A stretch of DNA of 64,000 bases from Alloascoidea hylecoeti (GCA_001600815.1 BCKZ01000009.1:212194-276193), one strand, 5' to 3'; shown: positions 10,859 through 24,408, counted from the stretch's first letter. Made by a program: numbers and translations. Notes: a model not told the origin generated them from the sequence alone.

Positions 10859-13330
10859 TTAATCGACATCATCAATATCGTCTTTATAATTATTTGAACG
10901 GGCGCCGGCTGAAACTTCTTCCATCTCTAAAGCCAGTTCATTGGACGAAACTGCCCCTGACGCGCTCCAACTCTTTAGATAGTTTATATAATCTGGCATT
11001 GTAAATATAGATGTAGATGAGTCACTTGCTATGGGCTGATGAATAAGATCAGTTGTATCAACACTCTTTGAGTTGTGTTCGATTGATTGAGGTTCTTTAT
11101 TTGGTTGAACTAGGGAATTAAAGAATTCCGGAATCACTGAAACTCCTTCAAAAATACTTTCGGTAGTACTTTGTCTTTTTATACTTTTAGATCCTTTTCT
11201 TGATTTGGATTTATTGAATCCAGTTAATGTATGTAGATTTGGAAGCCCAGGTGGGGCCATCCCAAAAAGATATGTTAAACCATTAACATTTGAAGAATAT
11301 TGATGCAAATCGGTACCATCATAGTCATCATATTCATCAGATGAAGAGTCGTAATAATTAACATACTCATTTTGAGATTTCATGATTGATTTAACATTCT
11401 CATTCTCATTATCAGTCTCATCCTCATCTATTCGAAATAATAAACCATTTGCTAAATCTCCATCACCATCATTATTCTTCTTTATTCCGATCCTTTCTTT
11501 CTCTCGTATTAACTGTTCACTTTCCCTCTTATAATCTATTTTGATAAAATGCTCTTTTACCAAATGATCGATAACTCCCCAACCGTAAGCACTAGAAAAT
11601 CTTCTTCTGACAATTATGTTATTATGAGCATCCGGCTTTAGATTAACCAAAATCTTGCGCCATGACTTTGAGTAGTGATACTTTAATGCTATACGCTCTT
11701 CAATATTTAATACCTCAATATATTTTTCCTTTAAATCAGGTGAATCGAATGTTGTACCAGTTGGGTATGGAATATCCCTTTCATAATATACTCGATCATG
11801 AAATATTGAGTCAGGTCTTGAACTTGGGTCAGTGATGAATTTTAACGAAGGTTGAGGTTGTAGTATTACAGAGGCTGCTGATTCAATCATTGATGGCTTC
11901 GGAAGAATGGTTTCATTATTGATATCAGAAGAAGTTGCCGACGACTGGGAAGTTGATGGCGATGTGCCAATTTTTTGTGGCATGAAGTAAGAAAAGGCAG
12001 ATTGCACATTATTGTTTAAGTCTCCTTGAATTTTGTTTAAATAAGTTGATATCCTGGTATCATTACTATTTGAGTCCGAAGACACCGAACCACTTATCTT
12101 TGGAATTTCACCAATCTGTGAACTATTTTCACCACTTGATCCTTCTTCGCTATCTGGGGTTGGTACCTCAGCTTCTTTTGCGTGCTTCTTGTTGCTTTCT
12201 ATCACCCTTTTAGCTTGTGCTATTCCTTTCCAATCTAAAAATAACAAACCACTAGCCCTTAATGGCACAATTGCATCATTCACTGCATTAGCATATAAAG
12301 TTCTTCTCCTAAACCTTTTCATTATTTTTTGTGCTGGCCCAGTAGGTAACAGTTCCAATAAGATCTTTCCGTTTTGAGTCGACAATCCTAAATCTTGTCC
12401 TGTTTTTCCAACAACCCCAAAATCTAGTGCTAGCTTAACAAAAGCTGGGCTGTCATTAACTACTCCAAGAAGAGGTGATGCTAGAGTTATAAAATTAGCC
12501 AGTTCAACTTTCTGAAAAAACCAAGGAAAGTGCGATTCAATGTAAGCAATTGCAAATACTTGAACCAGCCCACCAAGTGAATGACCTATGAAAGAAATTC
12601 GCTCTATGCCTTCAAAGTATAGTTTCGTGATAATATATAAAGCAACTCTCCTACCTAGGTATTTAACACCACGATCTGTCCTACAAACATTCCCATGAAA
12701 ACCCCGCACAATTATATTTTCTCCAGTTATTTTTGCGGCATTATCAATTTGTTCTTTTAAGTAGTGTAAATCTGCTCCGACGTTTGAGTGAAGCCCATGT
12801 GTTAAAACTACCAAATGAACTGGCTCATTTCGACGAGGTTGCGGAGTATTCCAAAGATCTGTAGTATCCAACTTCTTAACCCTTAAGCATGGATTTAACG
12901 ATCCGATTGCCTCGGATTGGGAAATGTGAAGTATTTCTTTCGTTGTTCCAACCTTGATTTCATAGTTTGTAGTGGCACCTGTAGCAAACAAAGATTGACT
13001 GACGATATCAACAATCCAGACATATTTCTCTTGTATCGTGTGTAAAGAAAGTTCGGCGTAGAAGGATTGAGAAGTCTTTAGATCCGGTTCAAACTGGGGT
13101 TGGTCAGCTGTAATAAATATTTGCTTTTGGTGGTGATAATCTTGTGTTCGAACATCCACATACAATACAAAGGGTCCAGCTAGGTAGGCTGCTCTAAAAG
13201 CCAAAGACTCGGTATTTCTCACTTTCAGCCACAATGAGTCGCTGCTCTGTTCCGTTCTGGTATACTCTATAATAAATCTATTGATTTGCGCTGTTTTCAC
13301 GTTTCCTATGTCTCGAAAAAGAAGACTCAT
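10859..13330 (-). CDS. ROG1: DUF676 putative lipase/serine esterase, Rog1/YDL109C family
   Basis: HLVVLTHGLHSN, ISFIGHSLGGL (GxSxG), FITLASPLLG, LYANAVNDAIVP, DAHNNIIVRRRF. Adjacent to TIP20, as in S. cerevisiae. Confidence 0.85.
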   Translation of the reverse strand: MSLLFRDIGNVKTAQINRFIIEYTRTEQSSDSLWLKVRNTESLAFRAAYLAGPFVLYVDVRTQDYHHQKQIFITADQPQFEPDLKTSQSFYAELSLHTIQEKYVWIVDIVSQSLFATGATTNYEIKVGTTKEILHISQSEAIGSLNPCLRVKKLDTTDLWNTPQPRRNEPVHLVVLTHGLHSNVGADLHYLKEQIDNAAKITGENIIVRGFHGNVCRTDRGVKYLGRRVALYIITKLYFEGIERISFIGHSLGGLVQVFAIAYIESHFPWFFQKVELANFITLASPLLGVVNDSPAFVKLALDFGVVGKTGQDLGLSTQNGKILLELLPTGPAQKIMKRFRRRTLYANAVNDAIVPLRASGLLFLDWKGIAQAKRVIESNKKHAKEAEVPTPDSEEGSSGENSSQIGEIPKISGSVSSDSNSNDTRISTYLNKIQGDLNNNVQSAFSYFMPQKIGTSPSTSQSSATSSDINNETILPKPSMIESAASVILQPQPSLKFITDPSSRPDSIFHDRVYYERDIPYPTGTTFDSPDLKEKYIEVLNIEERIALKYHYSKSWRKILVNLKPDAHNNIIVRRRFSSAYGWGVIDHLVKEHFIKIDYKRESEQLIREKERIGIKKNNDGDGDLANGLLFRIDEDETDNENENVKSIMKSQNEYVNYYDSSSDEYDDYDGTDLHQYSSNVNGLTYLFGMAPPGLPNLHTLTGFNKSKSRKGSKSIKRQSTTESIFEGVSVIPEFFNSLVQPNKEPQSIEHNSKSVDTTDLIHQPIASDSSTSIFTMPDYINYLKSWSASGAVSSNELALEMEEVSAGARSNNYKDDIDDVD

Positions 13331-13492
13331 AATATCAAAAGTGAGTTTTTTCTTTTTGTGGGTGGCATAATTTGAAGTATGAAGAAGTGATTTCGATTAC
13401 GAAGGTTGTAAGGGAAAAATAAAAAATGGCTTACGCTTAGTTTAAATCTACAGGGAACTGATTGTTCGTTTTTAAATAATATTTATATAGAT

Positions 13493-16031
13493 TTATAATG
13501 CTTGAGTTTGAAACTGTTGGGTTCTTCTGCCTGCTAAACTGGTGATTTCCTCAGGCCTTAACATTTTGGTCTCATAACTTTCTTCACTTCCCTCCAAAAC
13601 TTCCGTCATTACTATTAATCTATGATAACTTTTCACCTTAGGTAGATTCAATGCATTCCATAATGTCTGGATATCCAATTGTAATTGTTTAGCTCCGAAA
13701 AGTGAGAATCTATTTGCAAATACAATATAATTTTCAAAGTAAACAGTTACTTCGTTTGCAATTTTATGTCCAATCAATGCATTCATTATTGAAGATGAGC
13801 ATTTCCGTATAAAATTCATTTCTATAGACAGTGTTTGCAAGGCAGATGATAATTCTGCAGATGGAATCATTTGTTTTTCTGATGATATTTGTGACCAATC
13901 ATTTAGTTTGAAGTATCTTTTCATTGATGAAGAAAACTCTTTTTTAAGAAACCATATAAGATCATCCATACATTTCTGTTTGAGTTGTTTATAATGTTGA
14001 ATCATCTCATCAAACAACCCACCTTCCTCCCTACTCATCAACTTATCCGATGTTTCTTCATAAATATCGGCCCTTTCTCTATCTAATTTGATTCCGTTTT
14101 CATTCGCCCATCGTTTTCTTCTATTTTCATTCGCTTTTATTTTCACATCCTCCCATAAAGCTACAAAAAATAGACTAGTTCCCCATTCAGACATTGCTCC
14201 AATAATAAAATCAGAGCTATTATAGATTCGGCATAATCTTTCGATACCGTTAACACCTTTTACTAGTGCAATATCTTCTTCTGATAATCTTCCAACTGTC
14301 TTTGTATATGTTGATGTCATAGATTCAAATGCCTTTAACCCCTCTTTTAACTTCTTTAAATATAGATCCAATAAATTAATCTGTATATCCATTAAAAATC
14401 GTAATTGGTATTTCATATTCATGAGAAATGAGTACCTATCTGTGATCACCTCTAACAAATATTTGAATGATAGTGCCGATTTTGTTGGAGTTGAAATATC
14501 TTGTGAATTATATGTATCGTAATCTAATTCCCATGAATTGGCATTGGATATTATCTCATTGAAACGAGTAAGTGCAACTGTTAAGTAAGTTAGTTTTAGA
14601 TTATGAGAGCTTCAACATTATATTAAGAATTTTGATGTAGTACACTTACAGTCTTTCTCAGCTGCTAGCCAAACCTCAAGCCATTCCTTTTTTAAGACGT
14701 CTCCCAGTAAACCATCCCATTGTTTTGCATAACCATACTCCTCACCTTTTAAGGATATATTTTTATAAGGAACAAACATGTATTTATTTCTTATCCTATC
14801 ATCAAAACCCTGTACTTCATAAATTAAATGTGCTAATAATCTGACACTTTCTTTCTCTTCATTTCCGTTACTAATGATTCTTTCCATTACGTACCTAACC
14901 TTTTCTCTAACAGGAGTTAGTAATGTTGTAATATATTCATAGACAAAAAACCTATCGTGATATGGTGTGTTCTCAAAGGCATCCACAAAATATTTTTGAA
15001 TGACAGGAATACGAAGTTCAAGGTGTGTTTCCAAATAATTTAAGAACCACTCTGGTTTGTCTATTCTATTTGTATCTCGATTTGTTTCAAAATGATAAAT
15101 AAAACGAGTATTGAAGGTCTGTGAGAGACTAGAGAATATCCAAAGAGACTCGGGATACGTAGGAGTCGACTCTTTCAAAGAGGCAGATTGAAGCATCGAT
15201 ATCTGACTTATAAGAGACTTTATTGTAGACATGATGAGTGGAGATGAGGGATTATCTGAAGCTATTTTATCAAAGTTTGCCTCATGAAGTGTATCTTTCA
15301 AGGAGGTTTCGAGCTTTTCATAAATTGATTTAATAATATAATCGAGACGCTGAACTGGTTCGTCAATCTTTGACTGCAAGTCAGAAGAAGGATCAGATTT
15401 ATTTGATATAGTGAGAAATGATTCCCTCGAAACTTTTATTGATGATGAGAGTTCCAAAGTAGATGTAACGGATGCTTCCAAGTCTTTATCAATAAGTTCT
15501 AGTGTTGAATCACTATAAATTTCGATTTATGAGTTAGTTGATTGAAATTCAGGTATTTCTTTCAGTAAAGCAATAAAGCTACTCACCTCTTTTTTAATAT
15601 TTCTTCCTGTGATATAAAAATCTTTTTTTCATTCATCAACTCTTTTAGTCTGTTTAGATGTTTTTTAAAATCCTTGAACACTTGTACTTCCCCATATTTC
15701 GAGGTCAATTCATTCAATTTTGATTCCACTTCTTCAAGTGGTTCGATACTAGTAGCAGACTCAACGGCTTCCAATAATGAGTCTAATGAATCTTCAATTT
15801 CGGAGATCGACTGTTCTATAGGATCACTTAGATCATCATCAATTATATCGTTATCCTATGAATAGTTAGAATCCTATTTATTACGTTAGAGGTGTATCCA
15901 AACCAACTCACGTTAAGATCCAACGGCAACTCCTTCTCTTGTAGTTCTGTGATGAAGTGATCTATTAAGGCCAAATCATCAAGAGAACCAAATTTTGAGT
16001 TAATGAACTGGACGGTGGAGGACGTTGACAT
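13493..16031 (-). CDS. TIP20: Tip20/RINT-1, Dsl1 tethering complex subunit; exons 16031..15912, 15855..15587, 15512..14650, 14577..13493
   Basis: Introns 15856..15911 (GTGAGT..TTCTAAC..TAG), 15513..15586 (GTGAGT..AACTAAC..TAG) and 14578..14649 (GTAAGT..AACTAAC..CAG) join four ORF fragments in frame. RINT1/TIP20 motif RFIYHFETNRDTNRIDKPEWF and FSLFGAKQLQLD. Confidence 0.9.
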
Positions 16032-16086
16032 TTCTTTCTTTCTTTCCTTCTGGTGAGTTGGAATTTACAGCTATAACAATCGTACA

Positions 16087-16093
16087 CACGTGA
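16087..16093. promoter_or_regulatory. CACGTGA E-box (Cbf1/Tye7-type) in the TIP20/RRP42 divergent promoter
   Basis: Exact motif; also at 21905, 33634 (TCACGTG) and 46472, all intergenic. Confidence 0.45.
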
Positions 16094-16363
16094 TTTACTC
16101 GACTTCTAATAAACGATATAATAAGTGACTTCATCGCCAATTGCACTGTTTATGATGGGCTCATTCAGACGAACGGAGTAATAGTAAAGGTTTGGAACTA
16201 TGCATAAGACTTTCTACTCAATTGTGGTCGCGTCCTTAGATTTCGGAGACTTGTATCCTATTTTATATAGAAGAAATATTCTTTCCACCTCCAAATTTTC
16301 GTAGCATCACCCAAACCTTATCATAAAAAAAAAAGAAAAAAAAACTAAGCCAAAATTATAGCC

Positions 16364-17275
16364 ATGACTACCAAAATATCACCGGCCGAAATATCCTTTT
16401 TAAGAGACTCTTTAATACAATCTCCTCCAATCCGCCCGGATGCTAGAAGTCCTACCCAATTTAGACCGATTGATGCTACCTTTAACTTTCTACCATCTTC
16501 AAATGGGTCTGCCAGAATCAGATCCGCTGATGGAAGTGAATGTATTGTTAGTATCAAATCACAAGTAGTCTCAAAATCAAAAGAACCTTCACTTGTGCAG
16601 GTTGATGTTGATATGTAAGAAATTTCTGCTTATATCCGTATCAACTCATCATCCATTCAGCTAACGATATTTTCCTATAGATCAGGACAGCGTGATGATA
16701 GTGTATTATGCTCTACATTATCAAGCACCCTTCAATCAATGATACTCTCAACTTTTTCCACCGAAGTTCTGTCCCTTACTTCCAAATACTCATTCAAACT
16801 ATACATCGATGCTCTGATCATATCCCCTCGGTCGCATCCATTGTCAGTTTTATCCTTAGCAACATATCTAGCTTTGAAAACTACTCGCTTACCTCTTCTC
16901 ATTTCTTCTTCAAATGATACTGAAACCCCTGAATTACCTACTTTCTCGGATGATTGGGCCGAGTCCAAACAACTAGTTTCAAATGATAATGAATTATCCC
17001 CTCCGCTATTATTTGTAGTTGGTATAGTCGGTGATAATATCTTTCTGGATCCTACTTTAGAAGAACAAATTGTCACAGAAGCAGGACTACTACTTGGTTG
17101 GTCTAACGGTACTGTCGTCTCACCAATTAAAACCATAAACTTGGGCGGTAAAGTATCAAAAGGTTTAAAACCTAAACACATTTCTGCTGCTATAAAATTA
17201 ATTCAAGAAAGTGGTGCATCTCTTGCAAAAGCATTAGATGCAGTTGCAAAAGAAGAATCAGATAAAATCTTTTAG
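16364..17275 (+). CDS. RRP42: exosome RNase PH-like subunit Rrp42; exons 16364..16614 and 16681..17275
   Basis: ISPAEISFLRDSL..PPIRPDARSPTQFRP, LPSSNGSARI, ELPTFSDDW, DPTLEE. Intron 16615..16680 (GTAAGA..AGCTAAC..TAG) restores the frame. Confidence 0.92.
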
Positions 17276-17411
17276 TAACAATAATAATTATTTATAATAA
17301 TAATAATATTGGTATAGTTGCATAGTTTAAGCTGTTATATATTAGTATATTTATGTGAAGATCTAATATATATCAATATCCTTCTTGGTCCCTATAATTA
17401 CAAGCTATTTT

Positions 17412-20400
17412 TTAACAATGTTGAGAAGAATAAGCATGAACAATTACTGCTGTCGCAGTTTGAATGTTCATGGATCGAACAACGCCAACTTGTTTGATCT
17501 CAATGCAAATATCTAATTCTGCTAATAAATCACCATCAATTCCTTCCCGTTCTCTACCTATCAAAATTAAAGATTTTGAAGGAAATTTCACTTCGTTATT
17601 CAATTGTATACTCTTGTCAGTTTGTTCTAATCCAATAAGTGTATATCCTTCTTTCTTCTTCTGATGCATAAAAGATATAATATTATCTATAGGAACCTGT
17701 TCCATTGGCATCCATTGCTCGGCGGTAACTGCAACATTTTTAAACTGAGGATGTTTAGCTACAGAAATATCATTTAAACATAATAATTTGGCACCAAGAA
17801 CATCACAAACTCTACAAATACCTCCTAAATTAGGAGGTTTGTCAACAAGACTTGCGATCACAATTAATTCACTCCGTATGACATTTTTTCCTCGGTCCGG
17901 AGAGTCATACATATCCATAACTGAACTCCAGGCACCACTCTTAGTTTGTAAAGGAGAAATTGTATCGATATTAGGCTGAATTGATAATGTTTTATCTTTA
18001 ATAGATTCTTGTTTAGAATTCCAAACAGTTTCATCATCAATTCCAAGAGAAATTATCATTTTTTCTCTTTCATCGAATTTGATATACCGTTGAAATACTG
18101 AGGCATCAATAACATCAATAAAATCTATCCTATCCGAAATTCTTCGTAAAACACCACCACAAATGCCTACCAATGTTAAATCACTCTCGATGTTCCAAAC
18201 GCTACTACTTCCACTCCTAAACTGGCTGAATGCTTCTGATGATTGCGTGAGCTTGTGAATATTTTCAAGGATATGATTGATTTGTCCATTTCCAATTTTT
18301 AAACCTTTCTTTTCCAAATCTGGGGTCAAAGCACAAACTAATGAAAGAGAAAAATGTCTTATAGATGCTCTGTTACTTGTACATAATGTAATCAATGTCC
18401 TCAAATATGTTTCCAGAAATCTTGACTCTTCGTCTTTTGTAAGCTGTTGTGCCATTATAAAACCAATTCTTTCTATAGATTGAATAACTCTTGGTTGCTC
18501 TTTAATTAACTTTGTACTTTTGAAAATCGAATCACGTAATCTTGAATTTGTTAATAAACCTCTGGCAATTATCCACTCAATATATACACGGACCAAGGGA
18601 CTCTGTTCAGTTTGTAAAGCTGGAATATAATATGTTTGTAACATTTCTGGTAATAGTGTGTACTTTTCCAATAAAACTAAAATCGTATAGCATTGAACTC
18701 TAGTTTTTTCTTCAAAACCATCACTCCTTTTAATTGGTTTAAACAAATGATAATCTTCATCTGTTGTTAATATATATTGAGATACTTCTGATGCAAAAAT
18801 TTCTTTGACTTTTTTAGAAATTGAACTATTATCATATGCAAATGTAGCAATAGAATAAACTCTAGCGGAAATCTCTTCATCCCCATGAACTTTTTCATAG
18901 AGATTATCACAACCAGGTAAACCAAAATTATCGAAAATCCCTTCTAGTGTAAATAAATGATCATTGATTTGAGAGAATGTAAAAATACGTATTAACACTT
19001 TAGCAATCCATAGCACCTGATAGAATAAAGTATTTGGCGTTTGTGTATATTCATAAAATCTTTTAGCTAATGAAGGTAATAGAGATCGTCTCGCAAAGCA
19101 TTGTTTTACAATATCCATAGCAATTGATTCCAAAATCTTTTCAATTTCTTCATCACGAAAGGATTCTTTTAATAAGTTATCAGAGAAAATAAGATTTATG
19201 AATAAAATATGAAGATCACGTTCAGCTGCAATAAGTCGATCATCGAGCATTGCTTTCCATAGAGTATTTAATAGATTCACAATTGACTTAAGTTCATTTC
19301 CATTGAGTTTGTGGTTATCAATAATAAGCTTAACACAATGACATAATTGAATACGGGAATCATATTCGGTAGCAGGAATGTCATTTTCAAATCGGGAGAT
19401 GAGATCTGTTATTATGAATTTTGAATCAACTGGTTGTAGAAAAGCAGTTAATAAACGATAAATAGAGCATAGAATATCACTTTTCACCATATAAAAGTTT
19501 CTCGATGCTTTTTTTGGTGTTTCTTTAAAACCAACAGTGTGGAGTTGAACTATACTTTTTAACGAAATTAAGTCTGGAATACCTATTCCAAATATATTTC
19601 CTAGTTTTACCAGAAGAGATAAGTATCGGAGCTTCAGAGAAGAATTTACTATCTCATTCTCCATCTTAGAACCAGCTGTTGCAGATATACTATTCAAAAT
19701 TAGTTTAATATAACTGGAAGTAATATAACCACCACACGAGTTTGTAATAAATGCATCTCTGAGTATATCATCTTTAATTAGAATTTCAAGCCCATTACCA
19801 GAAAGTTTAATATCTAAGTCTTCAATATTTTCATATGAAAATAGATTTAAATGAAAGGAAACGAATTCTTCTTGGAAATATGTGACGACAATTTCTTCTA
19901 AATAGTCACAACCACTCTGAATAAAGTATGATAACGACCTTCCCAGGTGCTTTGATGTGTTTAGTAAGTTTATTACTTCATCTTCCATATCTTGAGAGCA
20001 AAGAATTTCAGATAATACAGCCACATATTCGTGATCTTCTATCCAGCTGAAGTCGTCAGTTGAAATCAAAGTTTCAATATCTTTTTTACTGAAAGATTGT
20101 TTGAAATATGTCATTATATCTTGCATATGAGAACTGAAAATATCAAAACCTCGAAAATGAACAAATTTGGTAATTGCTAATAAAAAGACCTCTAACCCTT
20201 CCTTTGGATTTAGTAGTAATATGACTTCAAAATGAAGTGTATGAATTATTTTTTGTCTTAAAGTTGTTTCTGCAGTTGTGCTGAATAATTGTTTTAGATT
20301 GTCAATGTGATCCTTATTTAAAATCTTTTTCTCATCAATACCACGCAAGATTCCTCTAAGTAAGTAAATTCTGGCTGGATCAAATGAATACCTTTCTTTT

Positions 20401-21829
20401 AAAAGTAGTTTGAATAGTTTTCCTGTTAAATTAGCAGCATTTTCTTCTTCTAAACTTTTCAAAATATTTGAGATAAATTCTGAAAAGCGTTCTCCATATC
20501 TACAAACAAGGTTAGAGCCTTTTAGTTCTGAATTCTTTTCGAGTGTTACGATATCATTGAAGTTTGGAGCACCCATTGCAAATGGAACTAACACATCAAC
20601 TAAAAAATCTGAACCATCTTTAAATAGAGCTAGACTTGATTTTGGTAAAGAAAGAGCTAAATTTAGCGTAAATCGCCTGACCGATTCCATCGGCCCAATT
20701 ATTCCGGAAGATAATAAAGATCTTCCCCAACTAGGTTTCAGTAATGATTCCGGGCTTAAAAGACGATATAAATCTACTGAAGCCGCCTCGGCTTGGTTTA
20801 TAGAAGTATCAATGGCAATTATTTCAACCAGCGTGAGATACCTTCTCCATTCAGTTAGGAATAATTCCTCTTTAGACATATCCCAAGAAATAAATTCATT
20901 TTCGAATGTGGTTGAGATTCCCTTGACTGACAATTGGATAATTGAGGCACAATATTTAGAAACATCTCGAGTCTTTGTGACCAGTCCTTTCTGTAGATAT
21001 TTCCAATACTCGGGCTTTTTTATTACTTGTTGAAAATATTCATCTTGTTTCAAATCTGAGGAGTTGGATAGCCATCTCAGCCAGCATATGAAACCAAATG
21101 TTTGATGAAAAGAAGAAGAAGAATTTTGAAGCTCGAATATAATATTCCAAAAATCAACATTTTGATGTGAACGCTCTTCCGTTGAGAGATTTGGAATTCT
21201 CCATTGTAGAATTTTTGATCCCATCTGAGATAATTCATGTTCATTAATAGTGAGGAGTGTGAATATTAAGGTGTCGAGTCCTTCCCATGTATTGATATTT
21301 GAATTTTCAGTACTCATCGATAACTTTTCAATTAGTGATAAGTAAAATAATTGGACAGGTCGACTGATGGGACTTGCATTCTCACTACTTTTTTTAACCT
21401 TCTTCCAAGTATTTCCCATGAATAGAACCGAAGAATTGGCAATGAAAGTAGAAATCAAAGTCACTACTTTTTTTATAATATAATCGGTAAGTAAAGGAAG
21501 ACGATCGCATAGTTTCATTATTGAATCTACTATGCATCTCTTCTCCTCAATATTGTCCTCATTCACATCCAACATATCCCCTATGCTAGTAGATATTTCC
21601 TAAAATGCATAAGTTACTGTTAATTATTATTGTATTAAAAGTAACTCAGTTTGCATACCTTAAGATGTTCCTCTGTCAGGAAGGGGAGTAAATCATAGAG
21701 TACATCCGCAGTTTTCTGTAAAGAATCCGCCGCTTGATCTGGGTTTTTGAAAGATTCAAGTAGCTCATTGGCTAAAGAGACCCTCTGATCCAGAGGTACC
21801 AGAGATATCACCAGTTCTAAAGATGTCAT
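17412..21829 (-). CDS. TRM3: tRNA Gm18 2'-O-methyltransferase Trm3 (SpoU family); exons 21829..21659 and 21599..17412
   Basis: C-terminal SpoU domain (ASLVDKPPNLGGICR, GLEQT, LIGREREGI, IKQVGVVRSMN). Intron 21600..21658 (GTATGC...TAG) links the upstream 57-codon exon in frame. Confidence 0.93.
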
Positions 21830-21904
21830 TTTGGAATGATTTTTGTTTAATTGAAAAAAGTCTTCAATTCAACTTTAAATCTTTTTAAGATTCGGTATCA
21901 CGTC

Positions 21905-21911
21905 CACGTGA
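21905..21911. promoter_or_regulatory. CACGTGA E-box in the TRM3/ATG20 divergent promoter
   Basis: TCACGTCCACGTGAT about 75 bp upstream of the TRM3 start. Confidence 0.4.
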
Positions 21912-22469
21912 TTACCTCTACGCAACATCAAGATAGCACTGAATCTGAAACATAACAGGGCTAAAATCTTGTAGTCTTGATCATGAGGGTTTCAAGTTCC
22001 AAGGAATTATACATACCGGTGGCGCATATTCAGAATATTAGAAGAAGTAGAGAATTGGCGATAAGTGCCATAATTAACATCTATACGTACTACATGATAC
22101 TTTCCGCACCAGATTAGGACGACTAACCTGTGTCTCCCCATTTGGAGGTGTAGTCAGTTAAAGGGAAATACGGACTGGTCAACGCTCATATAAGTCATTT
22201 AGCAAGTTGGTCAATAAAATCAGTAGCTATAAAATAATGGTTTCTGATAAGATTTACTACAATGAAAAGCGGATGTTACCCTACTTGTTCAACGTCATCC
22301 CTGATCTATAACACCAGTTAGATGCCAATTATTCTTCTTTCACACGAGTGGCGTTTGAAGACATATCGGCCGGTCTTTCTTTCTTTCTTACACCCAATCA
22401 TTACCTGTTAACCCATTTTTGCGTGGTTGTTGAAATTTTGCTCAAACTCTCCAATATCGATAAAGGCAA

Positions 22470-24294
22470 ATGTCATTTTCTGATGAAGAGGATAACAATC
22501 CATTCGCAGGATCAGGTATAAATGGACTAGATGGTTTTACTGATCTATCAATTGACGGACCAACAAGTCATAATGGGGCCCCTTCAACACAAACTGCTTC
22601 TGCTGTAGGACTCACGGGCCCCTCGGAGACCTTAGGATCTCGCCGCTCGGAAGACATCAACGATTATCAACCCATTGACAATGTGATGTCAAATGGATAC
22701 TCGGCCGATTATTCTTCAAAAGTTGAGCATATCCTGTTAGAGGACCTTAACTTTGAAATTACAATCACCGAAGCAGGAAAGAGTCATGAAGGCCATAGCA
22801 GGGGTTATATTGTTTATACTATTAAGTGTAAAGTAAGTAAAGAATTTATATATTCCATTGGTCTTTGTTATTATTCCAGAAGCTAATTATGAAAATGATA
22901 TTTAGGATTTAATTGTGAAAAGACGATATTCAGAGTTTGAGAGCCTTCGAACAACTCTTACACGGCTGTTCCCCACACTAATTATACCCCCTATTCCGGA
23001 GAAGCACACAATGTGTAAGTATTCTAATTATAGTTCACTATTTATTATATTATAAATGTTAACTTTTCAATTGAAAGCGGATTATGCAATTGCTCCAACA
23101 AAAGCCAAAGAAGATGCCACAGTTATAGAACATCGTCGTCGCATGCTTGCTGTTTTTCTAAATCGATGTAAAAGTATGGAGCAGCTTCGTCATAGTTCAG
23201 TTTTCCAAAGATTTTTGGATCCTAATTCAAATTGGAATGAGGTATTAAATACTTCACCTGTCATTGACATTCCTAAATCAATTTTGAAAGTCGCGCCTTT
23301 AGATCCAGCAGCATCTACAGAAGCTCATAGTTATTTATCTATTCCCCCTTCCACAGCTAAATTAAAGGGTGAAGAGGATGTTACATTTAGTGAAGCCGAG
23401 TTAAATGCCAAAGAATATGAAATCGTTATTTCTGGTGGACTAGAAAAAGTGAATAGACGACTCGTGAGGAGATTTTCTGATATGACTGCTGATTTATCCG
23501 AACTTGGAGGTTTATATAATACTTTTAGTTTGGAGGAATCTGCTTCATTGGCATCAACTATTGAACATATTGGTCAAGCTTTTGACGGCGAGTATATCTC
23601 CACAGAGTCTTTGGTGGCCTCTCTTTCTTCGTGTTTTAGTGAACCTCTAGGTGAATCTGCCCAGTTCGCAGCGGTTGTAAGAGGTGTACTAAAATATCGG
23701 CGACAAAAAGCTCTACAACAAGAAATGACATTAGACCTACTAGAATCTAAGAAAAGCTCTTTGGATGCGTTAGAGAGATCTGAGCAAGAAGCTCAGCGTA
23801 TTGAATCTATATTACAAAGGGATTTAACTCAATCTCAAAGAATTTCTTCTGAAACCACCCGAAAATTTTTAGACCAGAATGATGATCAAGACAATGCTGA
23901 TCATGAAGCTCAAGCTTCATCCAAATCTGCACCTTCAAGTCCCCTGCCTGTCACAACGCATAGGCGAAAAATCTCTGGCTTCAAGATTCCTGGAATCGGT
24001 AAATTAAATACAGCATTACATGGAATAATGGATAATGACCCAGAGGCTACCCGCCGTAATAAGATTGGAAAAACCAAAGAACAAATATCACACTTACAAT
24101 CAGCATTAGATGTAGTTAATACAGATGTAACAGATGCCTCTGAATCTATAAAAAAAGATTTAGAACGGTTTCAGGCAACAAAAGAGGAAGATTTGAGGAA
24201 TATGGTTCTAGGATATGCCAGTTGTCTACTTGAATGGGCAAGAAAAAATTTGGAAACATGGGAGGATGCAAAACGAGAGACATTAACCATATAA
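22470..24294 (+). CDS. ATG20: PX-BAR sorting nexin, Atg20/Snx41 family; exons 22470..22832, 22906..23014, 23078..24294
   Basis: N-terminal DNNPFA. Spliced PX domain [54 protein letters not shown], followed by coiled-coil BAR. Introns 22833..22905 and 23015..23077 (AAG acceptor). Name chosen from synteny with TRM3; SNX41 is the alternative. Confidence 0.85.
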
Positions 24295-24408
24295 CTAATC
24301 TTTTTTCAATTATGTATTATATAGTTGATTACTTATACAATCTATGGTAAATCACTTATAATCCTAGTTTTTTTTATATTCTTGCATCTATTAGTGATTT
24401 TGTTATAC

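Noticed and set aside
20410..21033. 207-aa antisense ORF in TRM3 (and similar antisense ORFs in SHE9, RRP42, UTP5, APL2)
   Set aside because: Shadow frames of real genes, mostly with non-ATG starts and no motifs.
22090..22190. Possible structured ncRNA in the TRM3/ATG20 spacer (GACTA/TAGTC, CTCC/GGAG, ACCAG/CTGGT stems)
   Set aside because: Only 4-5 bp stems; no RNase P/MRP, snRNA or snoRNA signature recognised.
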